In this document: positions 1 through 12,042 of the stretch, one piece after another
Numbering within the stretch: position 1 is the stretch's first letter
How the letters are laid out: every line of letters begins with the position of its first letter
Assembly (NCBI GenBank): GCA_000165425.1
Contig: CT868496.1
Span: forward strand, 186,001 to 250,000
Direction: 5' to 3'
DNA: 64,000 nt
Source: Paramecium tetraurelia
Lineage: Eukaryota
Made by a program: the position numbers and the translations under genes
Notes under the pieces: model-generated
Database searches by the model: none
What the model was told of the DNA's origin: nothing
The model's input: the letters and a program-made list of their open reading frames with translations, nothing else

Positions 1-213
1 ATTAAAATTGGTCACATTGATCTTGCAAATAATGAACATCCTAAAATCACTGTGGATTCTGTTCCAAAATTAGTGTTGTACTTAGCTGCTGATAAAAAGG
101 CACCAAAAGAATATTTAAAGAGCTCAAACCTAGTTATTCCTGAACTTAAAGCTTGGTTGGATTATTATATTGGAGATGGTATTGCATATAAAAAAGAAAA
201 AACTGATTTATGA
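1..213 (+). CDS. Protein disulfide isomerase-family protein, 3' end (partial)
   Basis: Frame 1 reads IKIGHIDLANNEHPKITVDSVPKLVLY...KKEKTDL then TGA 211-213. It resembles the end of a thioredoxin-fold domain and ends in a KDEL-like ER retention signal (KTDL). No active site is visible in the window. Confidence 0.7.
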   Translation: MKIGHIDLANNEHPKITVDSVPKLVLYLAADKKAPKEYLKSSNLVIPELKAWLDYYIGDGIAYKKEKTDL

Positions 214-369
214 TTATCTCTTGTGTTTATAAAATATTATGTAATTTATGTTGAAAAAAAAAAATACTCTTAATGAAAATTTAAGAAATTAAAAAGATCC
301 TAAGGTTTGGAAATCATATGCTGATTTTGCAAATAATTTTAATAGAAATATATATTTAACTTGTAAAAT

Positions 370-1890
370 TCATCCTTCAGTATTTATTCTTCTTATTCTT
401 TTTTTCAAATTTTAAGGAATTCTTTAGGCCTGACTAAAAGTAAATTATTGCAAGTTATTGTCAAGAAAAGGGGTGATTTAATCAAATTCAGTCAAAGCTA
501 TGTTATTTTTAGATAGATCTGTTTCTAATTAAATATTCTTTTTCGCACTAGCACTTCTATTTTTTTATTTTAGTTGAATTGGAAGTTTTGAATTATTTAT
601 TATCAATTATGTTAATTCATCTTTTGGAGTCTATTATTAAACAGACTTCTTCATATACCCAAAATCAAATTTTGTTTTTTTTGGAGAGTCATGAAATGAA
701 TTTGAATCATTATTTGCTTTTTTAGTCGATAATGAATTCTTGATACATATTTGATTTAGATTATCTGGTTTTTCAATTTAGATTTTTAAATTTTCTGTTT
801 TTGCACTCTCATAATTTAATCTCAATTATTCAGTTTATTAATTCAGAATAAATACTGTTTACCTTGCATTTGATAATTCTTTCTAGACTTCCTCATTTTA
901 CAGTTTGAATCTTTTTAAATCTTGAACTTCCCTTCGATATTTAAAGAGATATCCTTTTTATGATCCTATTCTTTGTTCTGATTATTGTAAATCAACTAGT
1001 CTTTGAAAATGAGTTGATTTCCAATACTTAACTTGATCATTAAGGTCAAAGTTTTTTTAGTTTTATATTTCATAAAGATCCTTATACTTGTCGACTTAGC
1101 TTGATAATTAATTGGTTAATTCAATTAAATCTTTATTTGCTTTAATAATATTTATTTCTTATAATTTTAATTAGTTTATTTCTTTTTCATAATTTGATTT
1201 AACTTCTTCAAAGGATTATTACAATTTAACATACTTTTTATTTAGTTCCTCTAAATTCAGTTTAAGATCACTATTAATTTTAATCTAGTTTTGTAGACTT
1301 TCTTTTAAGTGATTGTTTTCCTTTTCTAAATTATTAATAGTTTCTTCAAGCTTTTTATTCAATTGTATAAATGTAGTCTATGATGTATAATGAGTTCTTA
1401 GTTTAATAATTTCTTATTCTTAAATTTGTATGGTTTACTCCGAACTCTTAAGTCTTTATTCCTTATCATGTAAGATACCCTTGGAATTCTTACACTCCAG
1501 CCATAATTTCAGATACTCCTATTTATATACATTACCTAATTGACTGGAGATATTGTCTAATATTTCTTTGAAAAGTCTTTTGAATCTTTGATTCACATTT
1601 TGAATTTCAACAAAATTTGCAGATCTAACAGCTTCAATTACTTTTTCGTGACTAATAACCTATGCCTTAACTCAAGTGATATATTAAACCATACATTCAA
1701 CCATCTCTTTAGCTCCTTTTTATGAACTGGTTCTTTCACATTCTTACAAACAATCCTGTGTCAACACTTGGAATTGTGAATTATATTTATCGATATTGAA
1801 CACTAATTAAGTCTTATTATTTATATCCTTATCTATGATTTTTTTGATATTTTGGTCGTCTTAATTAAAGTCCAATAAAGTGTTTTACAT
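370..1890 (-). CDS. Coiled-coil hypothetical protein
   Basis: ATG at 1890 (MQNTLLDFNQDDQNIKK). Long E/K/Q-rich heptad-like frame with TAA/TAG=Q and short GT-AG introns, ending ...LKKRIRRINTEG-TGA at 372-370. Confidence 0.75.
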
Positions 1891-1907
1891 TATTAATATT
1901 TATAAGA

Positions 1908-2144
1908 ATGAATTTTGATTATAAGAATACTTTTTTAAGAAACACTCCATATAAAATTGAACCAGCCAGACCTAAGCCTTTGTTATCATCAGCAAGAAAT
2001 GTTTTAGGGGAGTATTCAAATGTTTCCTACTGGAAATTTGATAATTTTACTCATTAGAAATCCTATGTAGACACTACCTTCAATCGATATTAACCATCCT
2101 TTAACGCCTATGCTAAGATCCTACCCCCAGACATTTTAGATTGA
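1908..2144 (+). CDS. Small (78 aa) intronless hypothetical protein
   Basis: MNFDYKNTFLRNTPYKIEPARPKPLLSSARNVLGEYSNVSYWKFDNFTHQKSYVDTTFNRYQPSFNAYAKILPPDILD-TGA. Clean ATG-to-TGA frame, higher GC than its flanks, AT-rich context at both ends. Confidence 0.7.
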
Positions 2145-2460
2145 TAAATATAACATATCCTTTTCTTATTTTGAATTAATATATTATATATATAATCTTT
2201 GCTATTAATTTCAGAATAGAATTATATTCGAACATAAATTAATTCACTTCAGATTCATGGAACTTAATTCTAATATGTAGTTATGTTCTGGGTAATAGAT
2301 TTCTAAGAACCCTGCCGTAATTGTTAATATTAGCCTCAATTCTGTTAGTAATTTATCCAAAAATATATAATAATGACGTGAATAATTTAAAATATTCAAT
2401 TATTGTTGGAGGAATAATTATATAATAAATAATATAGTTTAATATTTGGTAAATATTATT

Positions 2461-3559
2461 TCAAATTCCATTTAAATCTGATTTCAATTATTGTTATTAA
2501 GGTTCTCTAAAAGAATTACTCTAAAAACTTTGATTGGTATCTTAAAAGAATAACAATAATATAAATTTTACCCTCTTTACTCGAATTGTTATTATTTTCA
2601 TTATCATTATTCAATTCATCTTTATCACTTCGATTACTTTTAGTAGTTTGAGTTTGTTGGGTAGAGTTAGTAAATGGATATTGAACTAATACAAATATAA
2701 TGGTATTGCTACAATGATATTATTATTCGGGTTATGATTTAGATACATTGGACAAGACTTGGAGAAGTAAGTCATTACAAAAGGAATTCTAATTCTTGAT
2801 AATGCTTAATTCTCTAATTTATTGTCTTGAGGAGTCAATCAAAGTTGAAAGACTAGATTAAAACTAAGAATTATATTAACAATTTTAACTTAGTCAAATT
2901 GTTAATAAAAATAAATGAGTTCTTTTTATATTTATTCTATGTCCATCTTCAATTCTGAGTAGTTGGAATTTAATTGATTAACTTCTTTCTTTGCTTTATT
3001 CTGCAATTTCAGATAATGATATTTGTGAATAATGCTGTTTTTTCTCATGATTTTGTACAAAAGATCTCTATTTTAATCAGATTCAGTACTCTCTTCCTTT
3101 TAAAAAATAATGATGACTGAACTGATTCTAATTATTGACATTTCTTATCTTCTTGAAACCATACATGTTCAATTGTCTTATAAAGGAACTAAAGTTTTAA
3201 TGCTTAAATTGTTTTGGCAACACATAATCACTGAATCCGTTCTAATCCTTGACTACAAAGGCATTTCCAGCACTATTAAATGAGATGATATCTTCAAATT
3301 CTGGATTCTAATTATTTAGTTTATATTAAATTTATTAATATATTGTTTCATATTGTAATTTTCCAGAATTTAATTCTCAAATCATTATATTTGATTCACA
3401 AATTAAAGCTCTGAATTATAAGGGAATGAGTGTTGACTTACATACCATAACCATTGAGTATGTTTTTAAGAGAAAACTCGAAATTCCTCTGCGAGTAGGT
3501 GGAAATGTTGAATGGTTATCTCTTTAAGCATTATGGCAATTATTGTTCTTCTAATTCAT
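2461..3559 (-). CDS. Heat-shock transcription factor (HSF-type DNA-binding domain)
   Basis: SSFLLKTYSMVM | NPEFEDIISFNSAGNAFVVKDQNGFSDYVLPKQFKHQNFSSFIRQLNMYGFKK is the canonical HSF DBD, followed by a coiled-coil region. ATG 3559, TGA 2463-2461. It requires a 138-nt intron (3445-3308) plus short introns. Confidence 0.92.
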
Positions 3560-3711
3560 TAAAATTAATATATAATAATATCGATTTGATTAATTTATGC
3601 AAGAATATCGATAATAATTGTATTTGCGTTCTCGGAGTTCAAACAAGTCATCCGTACATATAATTCATTTTAAATATATATACACATTTTATAAATAATT
3701 TATATATAGAT

Positions 3712-4809
3712 ATGCTTAATCGTGCTATTAACTTAGGATTCCGGAAAGCATTGCCCCAATTCACATTCTCTTCAAGAAGTAGCCAACTTAACTTTAACCT
3801 CTAGATGGCCCATATAATCCCAACAGATACAGACACTACTTGAACCCAAACTTCTTCCAATCCAATAAGGAAATTGCTGACATTGCCAAATCGTAGCAAG
3901 TCCCTCTACCAGGTATTTTCAATTCATTAATCCTTCAGTTCGTAACGTCAGACATGTCAACCCAGTCAGATAATCTGGTCCCCTTCCTCCTTATGATGGA
4001 CCTTATACGTATTTTTATCCTTCATATTCTCCTTTAGAATGGAAGACGTAAGAGCTGTTTGGCAGAATACTTCCATCGGTAGACAAGGAACATGGAGTTG
4101 TTAGATGGATCCCGATGAAATCATGAGAAGAGTCCCAGGTGTCTTACTCATTCTATTTTATAGGAATAACAAGAAGAGAAGTTGAAAAGATCCTCAACAT
4201 GGGATTATCACCATAAGAATAGGTTGATTTTGCATATTTGGTTTATAACTGTGGATTTGATGTCGATTATGTTCCAAACAGTGTATATGTTGCAAGATAA
4301 GTTGTTACAAATTCAAAAGGAGAAAAAGTTGAAATCCTCTGGAATGTCCAAGTCCTTGAAGATTTAGCCAAATTGCCTGTTGGTTTTGCTCCTGTGAGGG
4401 AATTGATTGATTACCATTGGGAAATTTTCCTTTGGTCAGATCCAATGATCAAACCAACAGGTGATTTGGATCTTGGTGTTCCTAACACTTGGTTCGAATA
4501 TGAATGCGAATGTAACTATTTCCTTTTACATCTTCTAAAGGGGGAGGTGAAATGGTTGGAATCGAGGATTAATTCAATATCCCAGAAAGCGATAGAGTAT
4601 TCCCATCTCCAAGAAATCCCAATTGCAGAAGAGAATTATGGAAGTCTTAGGATGATATCCAAGAATAATTAGAAATGGAAGGTAAGCCACATTGAATAAA
4701 TCTTTTAGATGAAAATTGGTATCCTAAAGGAACCTCATATAATATCTATCAATAAGCAGACTATAAAAAAGTAACTAAATCAGATAGCACATTTTAAGAA
4801 AAGATATGA
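3712..4809 (+). CDS. Mitochondria-targeted conserved-looking protein, possibly a ciliate-specific OXPHOS subunit
   Basis: The N-terminus MLNRAINLGFRKALPQFTFSSR is presequence-like (R-rich, no acidic residues). Multiple tiny introns; aromatic-rich body (ELIDYHWEIFLWSDPMIKPTGDLDLGVPNTWFEYE); TGA 4807-4809. Family not recognised. Confidence 0.75.
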
Positions 4810-5194
4810 TCATTTAAACATATTAATCAAATTATATTATCAAGATGGCATTTTAGTTTTTTTTTTTACAAAATTTATATCAAAATCATCTAATTACAAT
4901 TCAAACTCTTAAGGTAGTAACTTAAAATCATTAAATTATTACAAAAATAAGTACAATTTTATATATATAAATTATTATTATTAATTACCATTTCGATAAA
5001 ATTATAGAGAAAAGAAGCTAAAATATCTTTAAAATTTTTAGGTTTAAAATGATATATGATGTAAATCAAATTCATCTCATCATTTTACTAGATAAAAAGG
5101 AATAATAAATTAATTGTTGAACAAAGAATTTCAGAATTATCCAAATATTATATATAATTGATATATATTCACATAACTCAAATAATGAAAAAGC

Positions 5195-6238
5195 TCATTA
5201 TTAAACACTTTAGATATTTTGAAACTACTAATGGATATTTACTTAATCTAAAGAATAAATAAAAAATTTTACTTGGAATTGGCATATTTGTTATCTTTAG
5301 AAAATTAGTGTAATGTATTTATTATATTTATGAGAGGGAGGAGTGCAAAGTTATGTATTCATTGAAATCAACTTATTAATTATTTAACCATTTTTTTAAC
5401 ATTGCTATAATTTTAATTTTTTCTTGCATTTTGTCAATATCTGATTTGAGTTTAGACATAAGATTTTTCTTGATTTCACAGGAAATGGATAAAGGAGATG
5501 AAGAATTCTCTAGTATTTCAGATGCTTATTTATAATCCACCATAGGTTTTGGCTTTATCAAAGGATTCATAGATTTATTGAGCAAATTGGTATTGAGATC
5601 TGGTTAAGATTGGGTTTGATTTGTCTAAAAAGACAAAGCATTTAGATTCCATAAGTTTCCTATCTAAAAATCACCAAAAGTGATTTAATCTAAACCTGAG
5701 AACTTATTCTCTAATTTATCTGAAAATTCTTTATTCTGAGATTTGCATTGCCTATATTTGGCTAACTAGGTTCTATATGTAGATTAAGACAATTTTAGTT
5801 TCTTTCCGCTACTTATAAGGTTATCTATTAAATCAATGTTATCGGCTATGAAATCACTAAACCCATCTTCTTCTGATATAAAAACATGCCTCTTCCTTAT
5901 GGTTATTTTTTATAGTATACTTGCAATGTTCTTAGAAGCAATTACCTAAGAAATTATAATGCGCACAGGTATATGAATGTTTGTTTGTCAAGTTCTTTAG
6001 ATCTAGATTGCTTTTACTAACTTTCTTGAATGAACTCTTATTGCCATTGATGTTCCTGTTACTATTGTGTTCACTCTATCAAAATTAAGTCTGAATTAAT
6101 TACAGAACACAAATGTTGGGATGTGTAGCTACAATCACTTTGTTCTTATACTCCTAAACCTTTAGAAACCAATTCTTGAGTCATATGATTGGTAGGTTTA
6201 GATGTCAATAAATCGCTGTCCTACTAATGAAAGTCCAT
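5195..6238 (-). CDS. Hypothetical protein
   Basis: ATG 6238 (MDFHQQDSDLLTSKPTNHM), then a long open frame (VIASKNIASILQKITIRKRHVFISEEDGFSDF...) to TGA near 5197-5195, with short introns. No recognisable domain; exon junctions are uncertain. Confidence 0.6.
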
Positions 6239-7448
6239 ATCTATAATTAAATATGCTTTTTTTCTTTTTAAATTTCCCCCCCTTCAAGTCCCAAGATTTA
6301 AAAATGTGTACAATATTACAATAAAATCAAATTTCAAAGCACCGTCTTAATCAAAATAAAATTAAAGAGTTAAAAATACTTTATAACAATGACATATTTT
6401 TAAGATTTTTATATAAAAATAATATAATTACTCTATATGACATTGCATTGTATTAATAAAAAGTTTATTATTAATTCGATTGCAATTCCAAATTATCATA
6501 AATGTACTATTGGTGCAACTGATACTGGAGCACTTTACTTTTATTAACTTTGAAGTAATTCTCTTAGAAAATAGCAATCAGTCATAACAAAAGAGACATA
6601 TGACAATCATAAATGATGAGATAAAATACTCTTACACAAAAAGCATATATAAGTTTCCGATTTTCAAGAAGTCAATAGAATAATGTATGCGCATTCAAAG
6701 GAGTTTAAATTTTGAAGTTGCTAATAAATTATATTAAGTTCACCTGCTGTCTTTAATGTCGCAAAATCAAGTTGGAGATACAAATTTAAGCATTATTTTG
6801 GAATAGTATCATTTATTAGTTATTCTTACAATAATCCTTTTAACACTCAAAACAATACTATTGAGTAATAACTAGTCTACTATAAGATAATGGAAATTGT
6901 AGGTATTCCAATCGATAAATGAGAATGCTTATACTTTAATATCAACTAAGGAGGTGAAAAAATCTCAAGTTTGCTTAAAATATGTCAGAATTTTAGAGCC
7001 ATAGGAATAACAGGAATTTTGTGTATATATTTTTAAACCAAGTTTAAAAAACAAAACATATTCATTTCAGTCAGCACTTAAATTTAAAGTATAAATTCAG
7101 AATTTTACTATTTCAATGTTATATCTGGTTGTGGTTAAATTAATGAGATACAAATGAACAATAAATAATTACTTTTTTTGATTCTATTCTAAGAAATTAC
7201 CATAAAATTATATACTACATCTCCTTATTACAGAATGTTAATTATTTAAAAAATAAAGTGTATTTGACAAAGGGGAACAGAGAATTTGAATAAATTTAAC
7301 ATAACACTATAGCTATCATCAGATATCAACATAATTTGTTATTAGAAATATATTGTTCTAATTGCAAATAGGTTATTACTATTCATAATAATTTATGCAG
7401 ATAAAAACTAGATATTGACATTAAGTTGCTTATGATATTTTATACATT

Positions 7449-7865
7449 TCAAATCAAAGTTTTAATGATGTTTCTTCTCCAATCTTTGAATTCTTACATT
7501 TTGTTATTGATTTCATTTTAATTAATAGTTTATTCCAATAAACATTCTATTAATTCTTCATCATTTTTATTTATACATTTCTATTTCATTCTTTCGTAAA
7601 GTTACTAATTTGTTCAATATTATTGTATACCTATTGTTATGTATTGTAATAGTCATTCAACTTATTTATGAAATCTTTCCTGAATTGTTTCTAGTCTTTA
7701 ACACAATTTCGAAATTCTAAGTTTTATTTTGAGTTGCATAATTTAACAATTCGATTGAGAACAGCTTTCAAACTAATATTTTGATTTGGATACTTCGAAT
7801 AAGAATTGCTCCTAAATGAAATTGGTATTGCCATAATATTTATTTTTGATGATCTCGATATCCAT
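7449..7865 (-). CDS. Small helical hypothetical protein with Cys pairs
   Basis: Spliced model with three introns (21, 31, 26 nt): MDIEIIKNKYYGNTNFIQEQFLFE/FESCSQSNQFRNCVKDQKQFRKDFINKL...QKCINKNDEELIECLLEQ...IKTLI-TGA. Confidence 0.6.
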
Positions 7866-7903
7866 AATTATTTTTAATATATTTATTTTTGTTCAAATAT
7901 ATA

Positions 7904-8417
7904 TCAAAATTCATATTGATCAGTTTTGTATTCCTCCTCTTATTTGGGTTATCTGCCTCTTTTCATCAACAAAAGTTGCTTAGTACTCTGCAATTAGGCA
8001 GCTGTTTTGGGATGAATCCAAGATGGAATCATTTTCTATACGATCCTATTGTAAACAATATCGATTACATATCCAAACCACCTGGAGGTCGCTTATTTAA
8101 TCTTTCTTGTCTAAATTTAAATTCTTCTTCAGCATAATTCATTAAATTCTTTTTTATTTTTTCAATTCTAAACTAATCGAACTCTCATACCTCTATTCTC
8201 GTGTTCTCTCACGTTTATGACCTTTAGGTTTTCTATGGTAAGGACTCAATTCTCTGTTTTTGGGTTGATCATAAATCCATGGGAGTCCATGAAAATAAAA
8301 TTATTTCCTCAAAAGCCCCTTGTATCTTCCAGAAATATCTGGGCCGAAGAATCTCCCATTTACCATCTTCTTACTAAAGCATGATCTAAATGATAAATAT
8401 GACAATCTAAGCCACAT
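7904..8417 (-). CDS. Mitochondrial ribosomal protein mL59-like (yeast Mrpl25 family)
   Basis: GRFFGPDISGRYKGLLRKQFYFHGLPW...PYHRKPKGHKRERTREQRIEKIKKNL matches the KPKGHK.ER..R..KI motif of mL59. Short introns. Confidence 0.75.
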
Positions 8418-8438
8418 TATATTTATATAATAATTAAT

Positions 8439-9318
8439 TCAATTTAATAAAGCCAATTTCATTTCAATATTGCCGATTAACTTTTTAGTCTCATCCAATG
8501 ATTATTTCACTCCCTTATCATCGAGTTAAACCGTTGAAGAACTGTCAACTTTGGGGAATTGCTAAACATACCATGGACCAGTATTCGGAATCTCAATTTT
8601 GATTTAAACCTGCTCCTTTTACAATTCCTATCCTGTGTTGTATTCTTGTTCCCGAGTATAACCATCAAGTCTTTAAAGTGCCTTAATTGTATTGAAAATC
8701 ACATTCCTATAATTATTAAGATCGCAAATAGGATTTTTCTGATCCCCAGATGGACATTGTAGATAGAGTGTCCTCAATACTCTAATGCGATCTAAATACT
8801 CGATTGCCTTAACACTCTTGATGAAGTTGCCTTTAGCTTGTAAATTTTGAAGTGAGTACAACTCCCCCAAATCCAATTGAGTAATTTGATTATTGGAAAT
8901 ATTCAAAAAGGCAAGATCTTTCATAACCTTCAATGGAGAAATGTCACTTGGAATAGAAAGAAAACTTTACCTGATTGAATTGTTTTGAAGGTTCAATTAA
9001 ACTAGATGAATGCATTCTGTTAAACAATCAATATTGCCGATCTTTTAATTGCTTAGATCCAAGACAAATACGATATCGAGACCGAATTTATTGGATACTG
9101 TTTTAACAATTTCTAAATGGGTGAATATAGAGAATACATGAATTAAGTTTGCCTTGTAAATTGTAATTCTAAGTTTATTTGAGATCGCGTAGTTTTTCAA
9201 TATTTATTTCATTAACATTTGTGCCCAAGAGTTTACTCTAAATTTATTAGTTATTAGTCGTAGAACTCTTCTCAACCTGTTTGGTAGGTTTTTTATCATT
9301 TTTTTTATCATTATTCAT
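8439..9318 (-). CDS. Leucine-rich repeat protein, LRRC61-like
   Basis: IVKTVSNKFGLDIVFVLDLSNQKIGNIDCLTECIHLVQLNLQNNSI...LAFLNISNNQITQL...LRTLYLQCPSGDQKNPICDLNNYR: SDS22-type LRRs with an LRR cap. ATG 9318, TGA 8441-8439. Confidence 0.8.
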
Positions 9319-9332
9319 TATATATTTATTAT

Positions 9333-9937
9333 TCACTTATCAAACCATAATAATTGCTCCTTTCTCTCTTTCTCAGCAATGAACGATTCAAATTCAGCTT
9401 TAATTGCAGAAAAGTCTTCTCCTTTATAAGTGACTTATAAGGCAAGGGCAGGAGATGTATCCTTGATGCCATCCACTTTATTCCTGTGTCTATGTGCAGG
9501 GGACTTGGCAGGATCCAAAGCCTTTGGGATGATTGCTCCACTCAATTTTGATACTCTCACAGGTGTACCATCCTCCAAAAACCCTCTTTGAACCTAATTC
9601 TCTAGAGTATGTATACTTTGGTTGGTTTGCCTTTTTCAGGATCGATGAGTGCTATTTTACTTAGATGAATGGGTCTAGTGATTTATTGAATACCAGATCC
9701 TGAGGGATCATCTAGTTAGGCCTTTCTTTTGAATTTTTAGTTGATTCCTTGGACAAGGACTTCATTTGATTTACGATAAACTCTCAAAATAGTTCCTGTT
9801 TTTCCAGAATCCTTCCCTGAGACAACAACGACCTTGTCTCCTTTGATTACATTCCATTTTTCAAATGTGATTTACTTAGCAAATTGGGCAATGGGTGTCT
9901 GTCGATTTAGATAGAATGTAGAGAGTGCTTTTAACAT
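9333..9937 (-). CDS. MRPL24: Mitochondrial ribosomal protein uL24m
   Basis: Presequence [52 protein letters not shown] (KOW motif); [13 protein letters not shown]. Confidence 0.9.
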
Positions 9938-9981
9938 AAATAATTAATTAACTATAACATTTTTTGTTTTTAAATTAAGCG

Positions 9982-12030
9982 ATGAGTTATTCCAATAAGG
10001 AGAATATAGATGATACTCAGATATTGATGGATCAGGAGGAAGTGCTTGAATTTGTTAAACAATTGAAAACGATGAACAAACAATTTATTAGTTAAATCAA
10101 GCAACTGATTCGAGAGAAAGAGAGAGTACAAATAGTTGATTTAGGAACTGCAAAGTCAGTTGCAAAGAAAGTAGCGAGTAGTTATAACAGTAAGAGTTGA
10201 TAATCCAGGAGTGTGAACTATAAGGTAGCATTTGTATAGGTTATTGTAGTTAGAGTCATGCAGGTCGAATTATGAAGAACAAGTTAATCGGTTGGAAGTA
10301 GAGTTGAAATTAAATTAAATGGTGTTCTAGGTTGAACTGAGTCAGCAGAAATAGGAGATAGTGGATCTAAGTGATAAATTGAAAAGCACTCAATAAGGTT
10401 ACTCAACTACTGTGGCTACTTCATTTTTATAAACATCTTTTAATTAGAAATAAGATAGTTTATTCAAAGTATGAGTAGTTGAATAACTTTAGGATAGTCA
10501 TACACTAGAGAGTGTGGGTTAAACAGAAGGGGAATATAGCATCATGTCTAATAAGAATAGAGGGTAGAAAATGATGTTGAAGATAATATAAGATCCCATA
10601 ACTAATATAAAGAAATAGAAGGAAATAATTAAAAGAGAAATTACTTAATGGTAAGATGAGTTCCTAAAGAAAGAAGGTCGACCACCTTCTATTAATGATA
10701 AATAATCGATCAGTACAAAGTTTTATCAATACACTATATTGAAGAAATAATTAAATGATCGAAGCACTGTCATATAGGATAGCACAGATTGCAAGAATGT
10801 GAGTGTTTAATGCAATTTGATAGATGCATCATAGATATATTAATTTGCAAGAATAAATGAAATAGAAAACTAATGAAATTAAGAGACTGAGTTTGTCGTG
10901 AATTGGAAGATTTAAAAGGGAAAGTGAAAGTGTATTGCAGAGTAAGACCATCGAATAGTTTAGATAAAATAAAAGGTATCAATTGAAAGTAGCATAGATT
11001 GCGAGGTTTAATTTATAGATGAGTAGCATATCTCATTGAAATAGAAAGTTTTCAATTTCGACAACTGCTTTAATCAACAATCTACTCAAAAAGATGTATA
11101 TGAAGAGATACAGTAATCCCTCTAAGCAATATTCCATGGCTATAATTTGTGTATTTTCGCTTATGGTCAAACTGGCAGTGGCAAGACTTACACAATGTTT
11201 GGTACAAAATAACAACCTGGAGTTATACCCAATTTAATAGAGGATATCTATGCTTATATTAAAAGAAACAACTTAGATTGTTCTATTATCGTTAATTCTT
11301 TGGAGATATACAAAGAAAATATCATAGATTTACTAAATGACTAATAAGGTTCTTTATCTCTGGAACTTAAGGAGAATGCGAGTGGGTAAGTGTTTGTTTA
11401 GAATCTTACCAATATCAAAGTGCAAAATATGTATGAACTTATGAATTTGATTGAGTTTGCATCTTCAAAAAGAAGATAAAGTTTAACTGAGATGAACGAT
11501 TCCAGTTCAAGATCTCATATGTGCACTCAACTTGTAATTGAAACCTTTAATAAAATTACTTAATAGGTATGATAAAATATTGATTTGTAGAAATTCATCA
11601 GTAGAGTGAATCTGATTGATTTGGCTGGCTCAGAAAGGTGTAACAAATCAAGACTTAAACAAAATCAATTGGAGGAAGCCAAATACATCAACAAAAGTCT
11701 CTCTGCTCTTAATGATGTGATGATAGCACTATCGACAAAGAGTAGTTTCATTCCATATAGGAACAGTAAACTCACTTATTTGATGAGGGAATTCCTAGGA
11801 GGAAATGTATTGTTTAATTATCATTGTAGTCAAAAACAATCATGATCATCAATATCTCTCCTTCCTTTATCAACTTAGATGAATCAATGAGTTCCTTGTA
11901 ATATGGGCAAAAAGTTAAATAAATAACTAATTAACCCATTAAGAATTTAGAACCAGTGGAACAACTAAAGAAATTATAAAAAGTATGTAATTAGCATGAT
12001 GAAAATACGTAATTAAGATAATAAAAGTGA
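9982..12030 (+). CDS. Kinesin-14 family (C-terminal motor) protein
   Basis: N-terminal coiled coil, then neck ELEDLKGKVKVYCRVRP, P-loop FAYGQTGSGKTYTM, switch I SSSRSH, switch II LIDLAGSER and IPYRNSKLT. Introns include 11567-11590 (24 nt). Confidence 0.93.
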
Positions 12031-12042
12031 TTTATTTTATAT

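Noticed and set aside
2015..2400. Minus-strand open frame ending ...GWLISIEGSVYIGFLMSKIIKFPVGNI
   Set aside because: Its 3' part is the antisense shadow of the better-supported plus-strand gene 1908-2144. Long open frames are expected when only TGA is a stop.
3626..3657. Possible tRNA or Pol III B-box (GAGTTCAAAC)
   Set aside because: Imperfect B-box, with no A-box and no cloverleaf pairing in the flanks.
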